Below are positions 1-11,512 of a DNA stretch of 64,000 nucleotides, in pieces. Position numbers and translations under genes: made by a program. Every line of letters starts with the position of its first letter. The first letter of the stretch is position 1. Below the pieces are notes generated by a model. The model was not told where the DNA came from. It did not search any database and saw only the letters and a program-made list of their open reading frames with translations. The DNA is from Squalus acanthias (Eukaryota): positions 136,898,001 to 136,962,000 of the forward strand of contig CM059432.1 in NCBI GenBank assembly GCA_030390025.1, given 5' to 3'.

Positions 1-255
1 TTCCAGTCTACCTGTCGTTGCTTGCGCCAGGCGGAAAGGAGGGGGGCGCCACTCAATATCCGGTCCGGGGCGCCACAAGGGCGTTGCACACTCGAATTAT
101 GTCAAGATCTGCGTGCGCAGGAGCTCGGGACGGTATTGTTTAGCGCCGCCGCAAAATAGCAGACATCGCCGCACCCAGGCGCTAGTTGCTTTGCGCCCCA
201 TTAGCGCCCTCTTCAGGCGCTAACGGGAGGCGCAAACCAACTGAATTTTTCCCCC
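1..255 (+). mobile_element. 3' end of a Harbinger-type MITE, same family as 25524-26406 and 52671-53564, cut by the window edge
   Basis: Ends in CAACTGAATTTTTCCCCC and matches the last ~250 bp of the 52671-53564 copy (gcccca ttagcgccct ... ggcgctaacgggaggcgc). Confidence 0.85.
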
Positions 256-1021
256 TTTGTACCTCGGGGATCAAAGGTACTGTATTTGATTTTGGTGGAT
301 ATCCTGAATAAACTTTAAGAACTGTAAAACTGTAGTGAAGTTAAGATTTGAGAGTAAGGATCTCTGATAATAAGATTGTAAAGCTTTCTCTTTTTGGAAC
401 TGTTAATGTTGCGATTGACTCACCAACTGTAAACTGCATGTCGGTTCTTTAATAAATCTATATATTTTTGTATAAAATTGTCTCACATAATACTTCTGTA
501 TCAAACTTGCGAACTCAATTTCTGTACACTCTTTGGTGAGGAGTTGCTGAATTCTGGAGGAGTTTTCCGGACCCTCACAATATCCAGAAAGTTACAGTCT
601 AGCTAAACTTATTAAAAGTGCTATCTGGAGGACGGTAACATTTTCAGGTTGTTCCTTTACTTTAGGGAGAGATAGTCCGGACCTTTAGACCCAATTAAGC
701 GTCTTTAGGATTCGGCTACCTCAAACTTTAGTTGAAAGTGAACGTCTGAGGAATACGCCTGATGTGGGGTAGCCCTAAAGGGGCTAGGACTAGTAATTAT
801 CCCTTTAATTATACGCTATAGGGTAAATATACTGTGTCATTAAACACTATAGGGTCAATATACTGTGTCATTATACACTATAGGGTAAATATACTGTGTC
901 ATTATACACTATAGGGTAAATATACCGTGCCATTATACACTATAGGTTAAATATACCGTGTCATTATACACTATAGTGTAAATATACAGTGTCATTATAC
1001 AGTATAGGGTAAATATACCAT

Positions 1022-2037
1022 TGTTGAGGCTGCCGCGAAACACGAATGGAGGCTGAATCCATATGTGGAAAACAAGAAACTTTAATTCACTGCATGGCAC
1101 AGAAAATGGCTGAGAAAGCTGCTCCCAGAATTCTCTGGAAAAACCCTGAAGCCCCGCCCACTCCTGTCTTAAAGGTAAGGGGGGGAAAATTCAGCTGCTT
1201 GCGCCTCCCGTTAGCGCCTTAAGAGGGCGCTAATGGGGCGTAAAGCAGCTAACGCCCGGGCGCAGCGCCGCCCACGCCTCCCGTAAAATTCAGCGGGAGG
1301 TTAGCGGCGGCGCCAGCCGGTAGCGCCTTGTGGCGCTGCGCCGCCGGCGATGACGTCATCGCCATGCGCAGCACACCGCTCGCGCTCCAGCCGCGATCTT
1401 CAGTCGCGCCCCCTGATTTACCGCCAGATGCTATGTCCGACGGGTTCAGGGAGGCGTACGTGCGGCCGGGGCGGCAATATTTAAAGGGGAGGTGGCAGGC
1501 GGCCATTTTTGTTGCTGGCCGCCTGCCAGCACCTGCCCCCGTTGCTGTCCCCGGCCCCCGTGAAGCCCCCCCACCGTGAAGTGCCGGCTGCGCTCCAAGA
1601 GCCCGGCACTTCTCTTGAGTGCCGGGCTCTTTTGCCGGCACTCCCGATCCCTGGGGGCCCAGCTGGGCCCCGGTTCGCGCTGTGCAGGGTCCCTCCCCTT
1701 TAAGAAGGGGAGGAAGGCCTGCAATACCGCGGCGCGACGTGCCGCAGCGCCTGGCGCTGCGGCACGTAGCGCCAGGATATTCCCTCGCAGCGCCCCAAGA
1801 GGGATGCGGGGTGCTTCCAGTGGCGTCACGCTTCCCTCTTGGGGCGCAACCACTGAAGTTCCGGCGCGGGGCCGCTAATTTTTTCGGGGCGCTAAAAGTA
1901 GCGCCCCGGCGAGGTTAGCGCCCCAAATGGGCCGCGACTCAATTTTTACCCCAAGGTGCCTTAAAGGGTAGGTTCACCGATATATTGTCCACAGACGGAA
2001 AAGTGGGTTATGCCCGTTTAGATGGCGATCCGCCACA
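1022..2037 (-). repeat. 3' LTR, interrupted by a MITE at 1180-1952
   Basis: 1022-1179 joined to 1956-2037 matches 5874-6113 with 3 substitutions by eye. Confidence 0.95.
1180..1952 (-). mobile_element. GC-rich non-autonomous Harbinger-type MITE inserted in the LTR
   Basis: Termini GGGGGGAAAATTCAG ... CAATTTTTACCCC. The 3-bp duplication aag/aag is fixed by comparison with the intact LTR. The first ~85 bp match the reverse complement of the end of 52671-53564. Confidence 0.85.
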
Positions 2038-2050
2038 CAGCTCCCCCCAG
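2038..2050 (-). promoter_or_regulatory. Polypurine tract of the Gypsy element
   Basis: Minus strand CTGGGGGGAGCTG directly precedes the 3' LTR. Confidence 0.8.
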
Positions 2051-2057
2051 AATCCGC

Positions 2058-4818
2058 TTAGGAGGTGTGGACGAGACGGTGCGACGGTCTGATGGGCCGG
2101 CCGGAGTGGCTCTTGTAGGACGCCAGTGGATGTGGAACGGCCGGGCGTGGAGCAGCCAGGTGAACCGGCTTGAGGGCAGGTCGGCCGCTTGGAGGTGGAC
2201 GAGCTACAGGGACCTGCTCACCGGGCTCCGAGTGTGCTGGCTTGAGTCGGTCAACCGACACTTTTTCGGTCCTGTCGCCCACTTGCAGGGTGAAAATTTT
2301 GTCTCCAGCCTGTCGCACCTTGTAGGGCCCATCGTACGGGGGTTGAAGGGGTCCGCGGTGGGCGTCGTGCCGGACGAAAACAAACCGTGCCTGGTGCAGG
2401 CTTAGTGGGACGTGTGAGGTGGATTCGCCGTGTCGGGCAATGGGCACCGGGACGAACTGCAGCGCCGGTGAGGCGAAGTCGTGGCATTGCTGGTCGGCTG
2501 ACCAGGGTGTCGTGGCGGTGGGCAGGAACTCGCCGGGTACGCGCAGCGGCTGACCGTACACGAGCTCTGCTGCCGATGCGTGGAGGTCTTCTTTAACCGC
2601 GGTGCGCAGGCCGAGGAGGACCCACGGAAGTCGGTCGGTCCAGGCACCGTCTTGGAGGCTGGCTTGAAGAAATGCCTTCAAGGATCTGTGGAACCGCTCA
2701 CACAGTCCGTTGGCTTGGGGGTGGTATGCTGTGGTGTGGTGAATGGTCACCCCGAGATTGCGTGCAACGGCGGTCCAGAGTTCAGAGGTAAATTGCGGAC
2801 CTCTGTCCGACGTCATGTCGGAGGGGACGCCGAACCGTGCGACCCAGGTGCTGACGAAGGCTCTGGCGATGTCGGCGGTGGTGGTAGAGGTCAGTGGAAT
2901 TGCCTCAGGCCAGCGTGTGGTGCGGTCAACGATGGTCAGCAAGTGCGTGTGGCCTTGCGACGGCGGCAGGGGCCCGACGATGTCCACGTGGATGTGGTCA
3001 AATCTCCGCGAGGGGATGGTAAACTCCTCGAGGGGTGCTTTTGTGTGTTGCTGTACCTTGGCCCGTTGGCAGGCTAGGCAGGAGTTGACCCAAGTACGCA
3101 CATCCTTGCGAAGGCCGCGCCAGACGAAGCGGTTGGCTACCAATTTGATGGATGCGCGGGCGCCGGGGTGGGAGAGGTTGTGGAGAATGTCGAATACCCG
3201 GCAGCGCCAGGACACTGGGACGACGGGCCGAGGTTGACATAGGGATATGTCGCACTTGACCGTGACTGCGGTCGGGCCACAGGCGACATCGGCCAGGCGT
3301 AGCCCTGGTAGGTTGGTGGGTGCGGAGAGCAGATCAGGGTCGGTGATCTGGTCTGCTGCGAGTTGAGCGTAGTCGACTGCTAGGTGTGCGGCGTGGATGG
3401 CGGGGCGGGAGAGGCAGTCGGCTACCATATTGTCTCGGCCGGAGACGTGTTGGATGTCCGTGGTGAACTCGGACACTGCCGCGAGCTGGCGCTGCTGCCT
3501 GGCGGACCAGGGGTCGGTTGTCTTTGCCATTGCGAATGTCAGGGGCTTGTGGTCGACAAACGCCGTGAAGGGGTGGCCCTCAAGCAAAAACCGGAAATGG
3601 CGGACTGCCAGGAACAGCGCGAGGAGCTTGCGGTCGAAGGTGCTGTACATGACCTCCGGGGGGCGTAGTTGGTGGCTGAAGAAGGCAAGTGGTTGCCAGG
3701 CGCCGTCGACCCACTGCTCATACACGGCGCCGACCGCGTGGTCGGAGGCGTCCGTGGTGAGCGCTACCCTGGCATTGGGCCGTGGGTGCGCGAGCAGGGT
3801 GGCGTTGGCGAGCGCGGTCTTGGTGGAGTCGAAGGTGGCTGACGCGTCTGCCATCCATTCGACTTCCATCTTGCCGCTCCTGCCCCGGAGGGTTTCATAC
3901 AGGGGCCTCATGAGGGACGCCGCTTTGGGGATGAAGCGGTTATAGAAGTTCACTATCCCGAGGAACTCCTGGAGGCCTTTGATGGTGGTGGGGCGGGGAA
4001 ATTGTTGGACGGCCTGCACCTTGGTGGGCAGGGAAATGGCCCCAGCATGGGTGATGTGGTGGCTGAGGAAGTCGATCTTGTCCAGGCCAACTGGCATTTG
4101 GCTGGGCTGAGGATGAGCCCGTGGTCGCTGAGGCGCCCGAACAGGATGCGGAGGTGTTCGAGGTGTTCCTGCTTGGAGGAACTGGCTACCAGGATGTCGT
4201 CCAGGTAGACGAACAGGAACTTCAGGTCCCGAAGCACCGAGTCCATGAGCCGTTGGGATGCCTGGGCCGCGTTTTTGAGGCCGAAGGGCATCCGCAGGAA
4301 CTCGAACAGGCCGAAGGAGGTGATTACGGCCGTCTTGGGGACGTCCGCGGGGTGGACGGGGACTTGGTGGTAGCCGCGCACCAGGTCGACCTTGGAAAAG
4401 ACTGAGCGACCGGCCAGTCTAGCTGAGAATCCTGAATGTGCGGCACGGGGTACCGATCAGGGGTGGTGGCGTCATTGAGGCGGCGGTAATCCCCGCAGGG
4501 GCGCCAACCTCCGCCTGGTTTGGGGGCGATGTGGAGTGGGGAGGCCCAGGGACTGTTGGAGCGGCGGATGATGCCGAGCTGTTCCATGGTGGCAAACTCG
4601 GTCCGCGTGATCTCCAGTTTGGCCGGGTCCAGTCTGCGGGCGTGGGCGTACACTGGGGGGCCTGTGGTGGGGATGAAGTGTTCCACCCCGTGTTTGGCGG
4701 CCTCCGCGGAGAAGGTCGGATTGGTAAGGGCTGGGAATTCAACCAGGAGTGCCGAGTAGTCATCCGTGGCCCAGGCGTGGCACTGTGACGCCATGTCGGC
4801 GGGTTGACGGGGGGCCAT
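2058..4818 (-). pseudogene. pol: Gypsy pol (RT, RNase H, integrase) split over three frames: 4818-4324, 4381-3953, 4097-2058
   Basis: RT motifs SPWASPLH, WRPCGDYRRLN, MPFGLKNA, FVYLDDIL. RNase H TDASDHAVGAV. Integrase HHCC (HNLSHPG..CLAC), D-D-E (HVDIVG, SDRG, GLCERFH) and GPY motif. Confidence 0.93.
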
Positions 4819-5833
4819 GGCGCCCAGGATGGGGGATGTCTACCAGTAGGCCGTGGGTGCACAGGAAATCTGCGCCGATGAGAGGGGAGAGCACCTTGGC
4901 AGTGATGAACTCCCATCGGTAGCGGCGACCAGCGAGGTCGAGGGTGACTGTCCAGATGCCATACGTCCGGATTTCCGAGCCGTTAGCAGCAGCCAGCGCC
5001 GGTCCTCGTTCGCCCTTTTGGATGTCGAGGGAGGAGGCCGGGATGATGCTGTGCTGAGCCCCAGTGTCGCACAGGAACCGGCGGCCGGTTTTGTCATCCG
5101 TAACGAACAGCAGGGAGCCCGCGTGGCCCACAGCCATCGCGGGGGCTGGTACGGGGGCGGACTTGAAAGAGCAGGGAGGTGTGCACCGTTGTGCCCTGGC
5201 GCCGAACCGTGTGTGGTAGTAACAGTGGCCCGGGTTAGTGGGGCGTGAAGGCCCCGTGGGCCTGGTGGCAGGCCCTTGTGGCCACGTGGTGGCCGGTGAG
5301 GGGCGCGCCCAGGCATTGGCTGCCAGGTCCGGAGTGACGTCGCGGCTGGAGTGAGCGGACAGCAGCTTGTCGGCCTCATCGGCCAGGGCTTCCAGGTTCG
5401 TGAGGCCGGACGCCACGATCGCTGTGCGGATGCTGAGAGGGAGCTGGCGGATGAACAGCGTGCGGAAGAGGGATCCGGGTGGGCTCTCGTCGGTGAGGGA
5501 GAGCATGTGGGAGAGGAGGTCTGACGGTGAGGCATCACCGAGGCCTGGAAGGTCGAGGAGGTTGCAGTTTCGCTGATATGCCGAGGCCGTCATTTTTTTA
5601 AGGAGCGCTGTCCTGAGATGTGCGTACTTGCCTTCCCCTGGTGGGTTCTGCAGCGTTGTCCAAACCTTCGAAACTGCGGCGCTAATGAGTGATGTGACGA
5701 GGTAGTCGTACTTCGTCCCATCTGTGGTGATATTTCGCAGCCAGAAGCGAGATTCAGCTTGGAGAAACCAGGCTTCGGGCTGGTTTTCCCAAAACTCCGG
5801 CAGTTTCACGGAAACTGCGTTCGTGTCCGCCAT
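4760..5833 (-). pseudogene. gag: Gypsy gag plus aspartic protease, frameshifted after the protease
   Basis: N-terminal VSVKLPEFW..PEAWFLQAE, CHCC knuckle CYYHTRFGARAQRCTPPC, protease FLCDTGA ... LIGADFL. Confidence 0.9.
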
Positions 5834-5858
5834 TGCAGTGCTCGGAATACGTTCTGAG

Positions 5859-5872
5859 CGTCGGGGTCACCA
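5859..5872 (-). promoter_or_regulatory. Primer binding site, tRNA-Trp type
   Basis: Minus strand TGGTGACCCCGACG lies 1 nt after the 5' LTR and is complementary to the tRNA-Trp 3' end. Confidence 0.88.
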
Positions 5873-5873
5873 A

Positions 5874-6113
5874 TGTTGAGGCTGCCGCGAAACACGAATG
5901 GAGGCTGAATCCATATGTGGAAAACAAGAAACTTTAATTCACTGCATGGCACACAAAATGGCTGAGAAAGCTGCTCCCAGAATTCTCTGGAAAAACCCTG
6001 AAGCCCCGCCCACTCCTGTCTTAAAGGTAAGGTGCCTTAAAGGGAAGGTTCACCGATATATTGTCCACAGACGGAAAAGTGGGTTATGCCCGTTTAGGTG
6101 GCGATCCGCCACA
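5874..6113 (-). repeat. 5' LTR (240 bp)
   Basis: tgttgagg...ccgccaca, direct repeat of the left LTR, with ATTAAA on the minus strand. Confidence 0.95.
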
Positions 6114-6271
6114 CCGTGTCATTATACACTATTGGGTAAATATACTGATACCGTGTCATTATACACTATAGGGTCAATATACTGTGTCATTATACACTAT
6201 AGGGTCAATATACTGTGTCATTATACACTATAGGGCAAATGTACCGTGTCATTATACACCTAAGGGTAGAT

Positions 6272-8212
6272 ATAGAATAGAATCATAGAATCATAGAAAG
6301 TTACAGCACGGAAGGAGGTCATTTCGGCCCATCGTGTCCGCGCCGGCCAACAAAGAGCTATCCAGCCTAATCCCACTTCCCAGCTCTTGGTCCGTAGCCC
6401 TGCAGGTTACAGCATCCCAAGTGCACATCCAAGTACTTTTTAAATGTGGTTAGGTTTCCTGCCTCTACCGCCCTTTCAAGCAGTGAGTTCCAGACACCCA
6501 CAACCCTCTGGGTGAAGAAATTTCCCCTCAAATCCCCTCTAAACCTTCCACCAATTACTTTAAATCTGTGCTACCTGGTTTTTGACCCCTCTGCTAAGGG
6601 AAATAGGTCCTTTCTATCCATTTTATCTAGGCCCCTCATAATTTTATACACCTCAATAAGGTCTCCCCTCAGCCTCCTCTGTTCCAAGGAAAACAAACCC
6701 AGCCTATCCAGTCTTTCCTCATAGCTAAGATTCTCCACTCCCGGCAACATCCTTGTAAATCTCCTCTGTACCCTCTCTAGTGCAATCACATCTTTCCTGT
6801 AATGTGGTGACCAGAACTGCACGCAATACTCTAGCTGAGGCCTAACTAGTGTTTTATACAGTTGAAGCAAAACCCCCCTGCTCTTGTATTCTATGCCACG
6901 GCTAATAAAGGCAAGCATTCCGTATGCCTTCTTAACCACCTTATCTACCTGGCCTGCTACCTTCAGGGATCTGTGGACATGCACTCCAAGGTCCCTTTGT
7001 TACTCTACACTACTCAGTGTCCTACCATTTAATGTGTATTCCCTTTCCTTGTTAGCCCTCCCCAAATGCATTACCTCACACTTCTCCAGATTAAATTCCA
7101 TTTGCCACTGTTCTGCCCACCTGACCAATTTATTGATATCTTCCTGCAGTCTACAGCTTCCTTCTTCAGTATCAACCACACAGCTGATTTTAGTATCATC
7201 TGCAAACTTCTTAATCATACCCCATATACTCAAGTCTAGATCATTGATATATACCACAAAAAGCAAGGGACCTAGTACTGAGCCCTGCAGAACCCCACTG
7301 GAAACAGCCTTCCAGTCACAAAAACACCCATCAACCATTACCCTCTGCTTTCTGTCTCCGAGCCAGTTTTGAATCCAACTTGACACTTTGCCCTGGATCC
7401 CATGGGCTTTTAACTTCATGACCAGTCTGCCATGTGGAACCTTATCAAAAGCCATGCTAAAGTCCATATACACTACATCAAATGCACTACCCTCTTCTAC
7501 CCTCCTTCTTACCTCCTCAGAAAATTCAATCAAGTTTGTCAGACACGACCTTCCCTTAACAAATCCATGCTGACTATCCTTGATTAATCTGTGCCTTTCT
7601 CAATTAAGATTTGTCCTGTCCTTCAGAATTCTTTCCAATAATTTTCCCACCACTGAGGTTAGGCTGACTGGCCTGTAATTACACGGCCTATCCGTTTCTC
7701 CCTTTTTAAACAAGGGTACCACATTAGCAGTCCTCCAGTCATCCGGCACCACACCTGAAGCCAGAGAGGATTGATAAATGATGGTCAGGGCCTCTGCAAT
7801 TTTCGCTTTTGCTTCGCTTAACAGCCTGGGATACATTTCATCCGGGCCTGGGAATTTATCCACTTTTAAAGCTGCTAAATCCCTTAATACTTCCTCTCTC
7901 ACTATGTTTACTTCATCTAATATTTCACACTCCTCCCCCCTGATAGCAATGTCTGCTTCGTCCATCCCCTTTGAGAAAACAGACGCAAAGTATTCATGAA
8001 GAACCCGACTGACGTCTCCCGGCTCCAAACACAGATTAACCTCATGATCTCTAATAGGTCCTAACCTTTCTTTAGTTATCCTCTTACTCTGAATATATTT
8101 ATAAAACATCTTTGGGTTTTCCTTGATTTTACTTGCCAAGAATTGTTCATGCTCTCTCTTTGCTTTCCTAATATCATTTTTAATTGCACCCCTGCACTTT
8201 CTGTACTCCTCT
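6272..8212 (-). mobile_element. 5'-truncated CR1 LINE (ORF2 RT and 3' UTR)
   Basis: NYRPVSLTS, VYMDFSMAFDKVPH, QGSVLGP, KFADDTK, LVRPQLEYCVQFWSPH, RRLRGDLIEVYK and an (ATTCTATG)n tail. Confidence 0.95.
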
Positions 8213-11208
8213 AAATATATCGTGACATTACACACTATAGGGTAAATATACGGTGTCATTATACACTTTAGGGTAAATATACTGTGTTATTATACACTGG
8301 GGTAAATATACTGTGTCATTATACACTATAGGGTAAATACACAGTGTCATTATATACTATAGGGTAAATATATCATGTCATTATACGCTATAGGGTAAAT
8401 ATACGGTGTAATTATACACTTTACGGTAAATATACTGTGTCATTATACACTAGGGTAAATATACTGTGTCATTATACACTATAGGGTAAATATACCATGT
8501 CATTATACGCTATAGGATAAATATACGGTGTCATTATACACTATAAGCTCAATATACTGTGTCATTATACACTATAGGGTCAATATGCTGTGTCATTATA
8601 CACTATAGGGTAAATATACTGTGTCATTATACACTACAGGGCAAATACACAGTGCCATTATACACTATAGGGTAAATATACAGTGTCATTATACATTATA
8701 GGGTAAATATACTGTGTCATTGTACACTATGGGGTAAATATACCACGTCATTATACACTATGGGGTAAATATACTGCGTCATTATACACGATAGGTTCAA
8801 TATATTGTGTCATAATACACTATAGGGTCAATATACTGTGTCAGTATACACGATAGGGTCAATATACCGTGTCATTGTACACTATAGGGTAAATATACCG
8901 TGTCATTATACACTATAGGATAAATATACCATGTCATTGTACACTATAGGCTCAATATACTGTGTCATTATACACAATAGGGTAAATATACCGTGTCATT
9001 GTACACTATAGGGTAAATATACCGTGTCATTATACACTATAGGATAAATATACAGTGTCATTATACACTATAGGGTAAATATACCATGTCATCGTACACT
9101 ATAGGGTAAATATACCATGTCATTACACACTATAGGATAAATATACCGTGTCATTATACACTATAGGGAAAATATAACGTGTCATTATAGACTATAGGGT
9201 AAATATACCATGTCATTATACACTATAGGGTAAATATACCGTGTCATTATACATTATAGGGTAAATATACCATGTCATTGCACACTATGGGGTAAATATA
9301 TCATGTCATTATACACTACAGGGTCAATATGCCGTGTCATTATACACGGTAGGGTCAATATACCGTGTCATTATACATTATAGGGTAAATATACCATGTC
9401 ATTGCACACTATGGGGTAAATATATCATGTCATTATACACTACAGGGTCAATATACCGTGTCATTATACACGATAGGGTCAATATACCGTGTCATTATAC
9501 ACTATAGGGTAAATATACCTTGTCATTATACACTATAGGGTAAATATACCATGTCATTGCACACTATTAGGTAAGTATACCGTGTCATTATACACTATAG
9601 GGTAAATATACCTTGTCATTATATATTATAGGGTAAGTATACCGTGTCATTGCACACTATGGGGTAAATATATCATGTCATTATACACTATAGGGTCAAT
9701 ATGCTGTGTCATTTTACACTATAGGGTCAATTTACCGTGTCATTATACACGATAGGTTAAATATACCTTGTCATTATACATTATAGGGTAAATATACCTT
9801 GTCATTATACACTATAGGGTAAATATACCGTGTCATTATAGACTATAGGGTCAATATACCGTGTCATTGTACACTATAGGGTAAATATACAGTGTCATTC
9901 TACAATATGGGGTAAATATACCTTGTCATTATACACTATAGGGTAAATATACCTTGTCATTATATATTATTGGGTAAATATACCGTGTCATTGCACACTA
10001 TGGGGTAAATATATCATGTCATTATACACTATAGGGTAAATATACCGTGTCATTATACACGATAGGGTCAATATACCGTGTCATTATACACTATAGGTTC
10101 AATATACCGTGTCAATATATACTATATGGTAAATATACCGTGTCATTATACACTATTGGGTAAATATACGAGTCATACCACAGAATATACTGTGTCATTA
10201 TATGCTATAGGGTAAATACACAGTGTCATTATGCACTATAGGGTAAATATACCACGTCATTATACACTATGGGGTAAATATACCGCGTCATTATACACGA
10301 TAGGTTCAATATATCGTGTCATAATACACTATAGGGTCAATATACTGTGTCAGTATACACAATAGGGTCAATATACCGTGTCATTGTACACTATAGGGTA
10401 AATATACCGTGTCATTATACACTATAGGGTAAATATACCATGTCATTGTACATTACAGGCTCAATATACTGTGTCATTATACACTATAGGGTAAATATAC
10501 CGTGTCATTGTACACTATAGGGTAAATATACCATGTCATTGCACACTATAGGATAAATATACCGTGTCATTATACACTATAGGGAAAATATAACGTGTCA
10601 TTATAGACTATAGGGTAAATATACCGTGTCATTATACATTATAGGGTAAAAATACCATGTCATTGCACACTATGGGGTAAATATATCATGTCATTATACA
10701 CTACAGGGTCAATATGCCGTGTCATTATACACGGTAGGGTCAATATACTGTGTCATTATACACTATAGGGTCAATATACCTTGTCATTATACACTATAGG
10801 GTAAATATACCATGTCATTATACACTATAGGATAAATATACGGTGTCATTATGCAATATAGGGTAAATATACCTTGTCATTATACACTATTGGGTAAATA
10901 TACATTGTCATTATACACTATAGGGTAAATATACCATATCATTATACACTATAGCGTAAATATACCGTGTCATTGTACACTATGGGGTAAATATATCATG
11001 TCATTATACACTATAGGGTAAATATACCATGTCATTATGCACTGTAGAGTAAATATACCGTGTCATTCTACACAAATGGGTAAAAAACCGTGTCATTATA
11101 CACTAATGGGTAAATATACTGTGTCATTATACACTCATGGGTCAATATACCGTGTCATTATACACTATAGGGTCAATATACAAGTCATTACACACTATAG
11201 GGTAAATA

Positions 11209-11512
11209 TAGAAACATAGAAACATAGAAACTAGGAGCAGGAGTAGGCCATTCAGCCCGTCGAGCCTGCTCCACCATTCAATACGATCATGGCTGATCAT
11301 CCAAATCCAGTACCCTGTCCCTGCTTTCCCACACAGAATCCCCATTGAGCCTGCACCAACACATATCCCACCCTATCCCCGTAACCCCACGTATTTAATT
11401 CCCCCTAACATATCCCATCCTATCCCCGTAACCCCACATATTTAATCCCCCCCTAACACTAAGGGTCAATTTATCATAGCCAAATCAACCTAACCCGCAC
11501 ATTTTTGGACAC
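11209..11512 (-). mobile_element. 5'-truncated HE1/V-SINE-like variant with extended CR1-type tail
   Basis: Near-identical to the reverse complement of 62942-63234, with a (TTTCTATG)n tail. Confidence 0.88.

Larger units (their letters stand above)
1022..6113 (-). mobile_element. Gypsy/Ty3 LTR retrotransposon with CsRn1/Kabuki-clade hallmarks, full length but frameshifted
   Basis: Two 240-bp TG...CA LTRs (5874-6113; 1022-2037 once the MITE is removed), 4-bp TSD ccat/ccgt, PBS, PPT, and gag-PR-RT-RH-IN order. Confidence 0.95.

Noticed and set aside
256..805. Possible LTR or host exon (AATAAA, ...gtaaca)
   Set aside because: No second copy, PBS or ORF in the window to support a call.
1249..5576. 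Many overlapping ORFs on both strands
   Set aside because: Shadow ORFs of GC-rich MITE and Gypsy sequence with no recognisable motifs.
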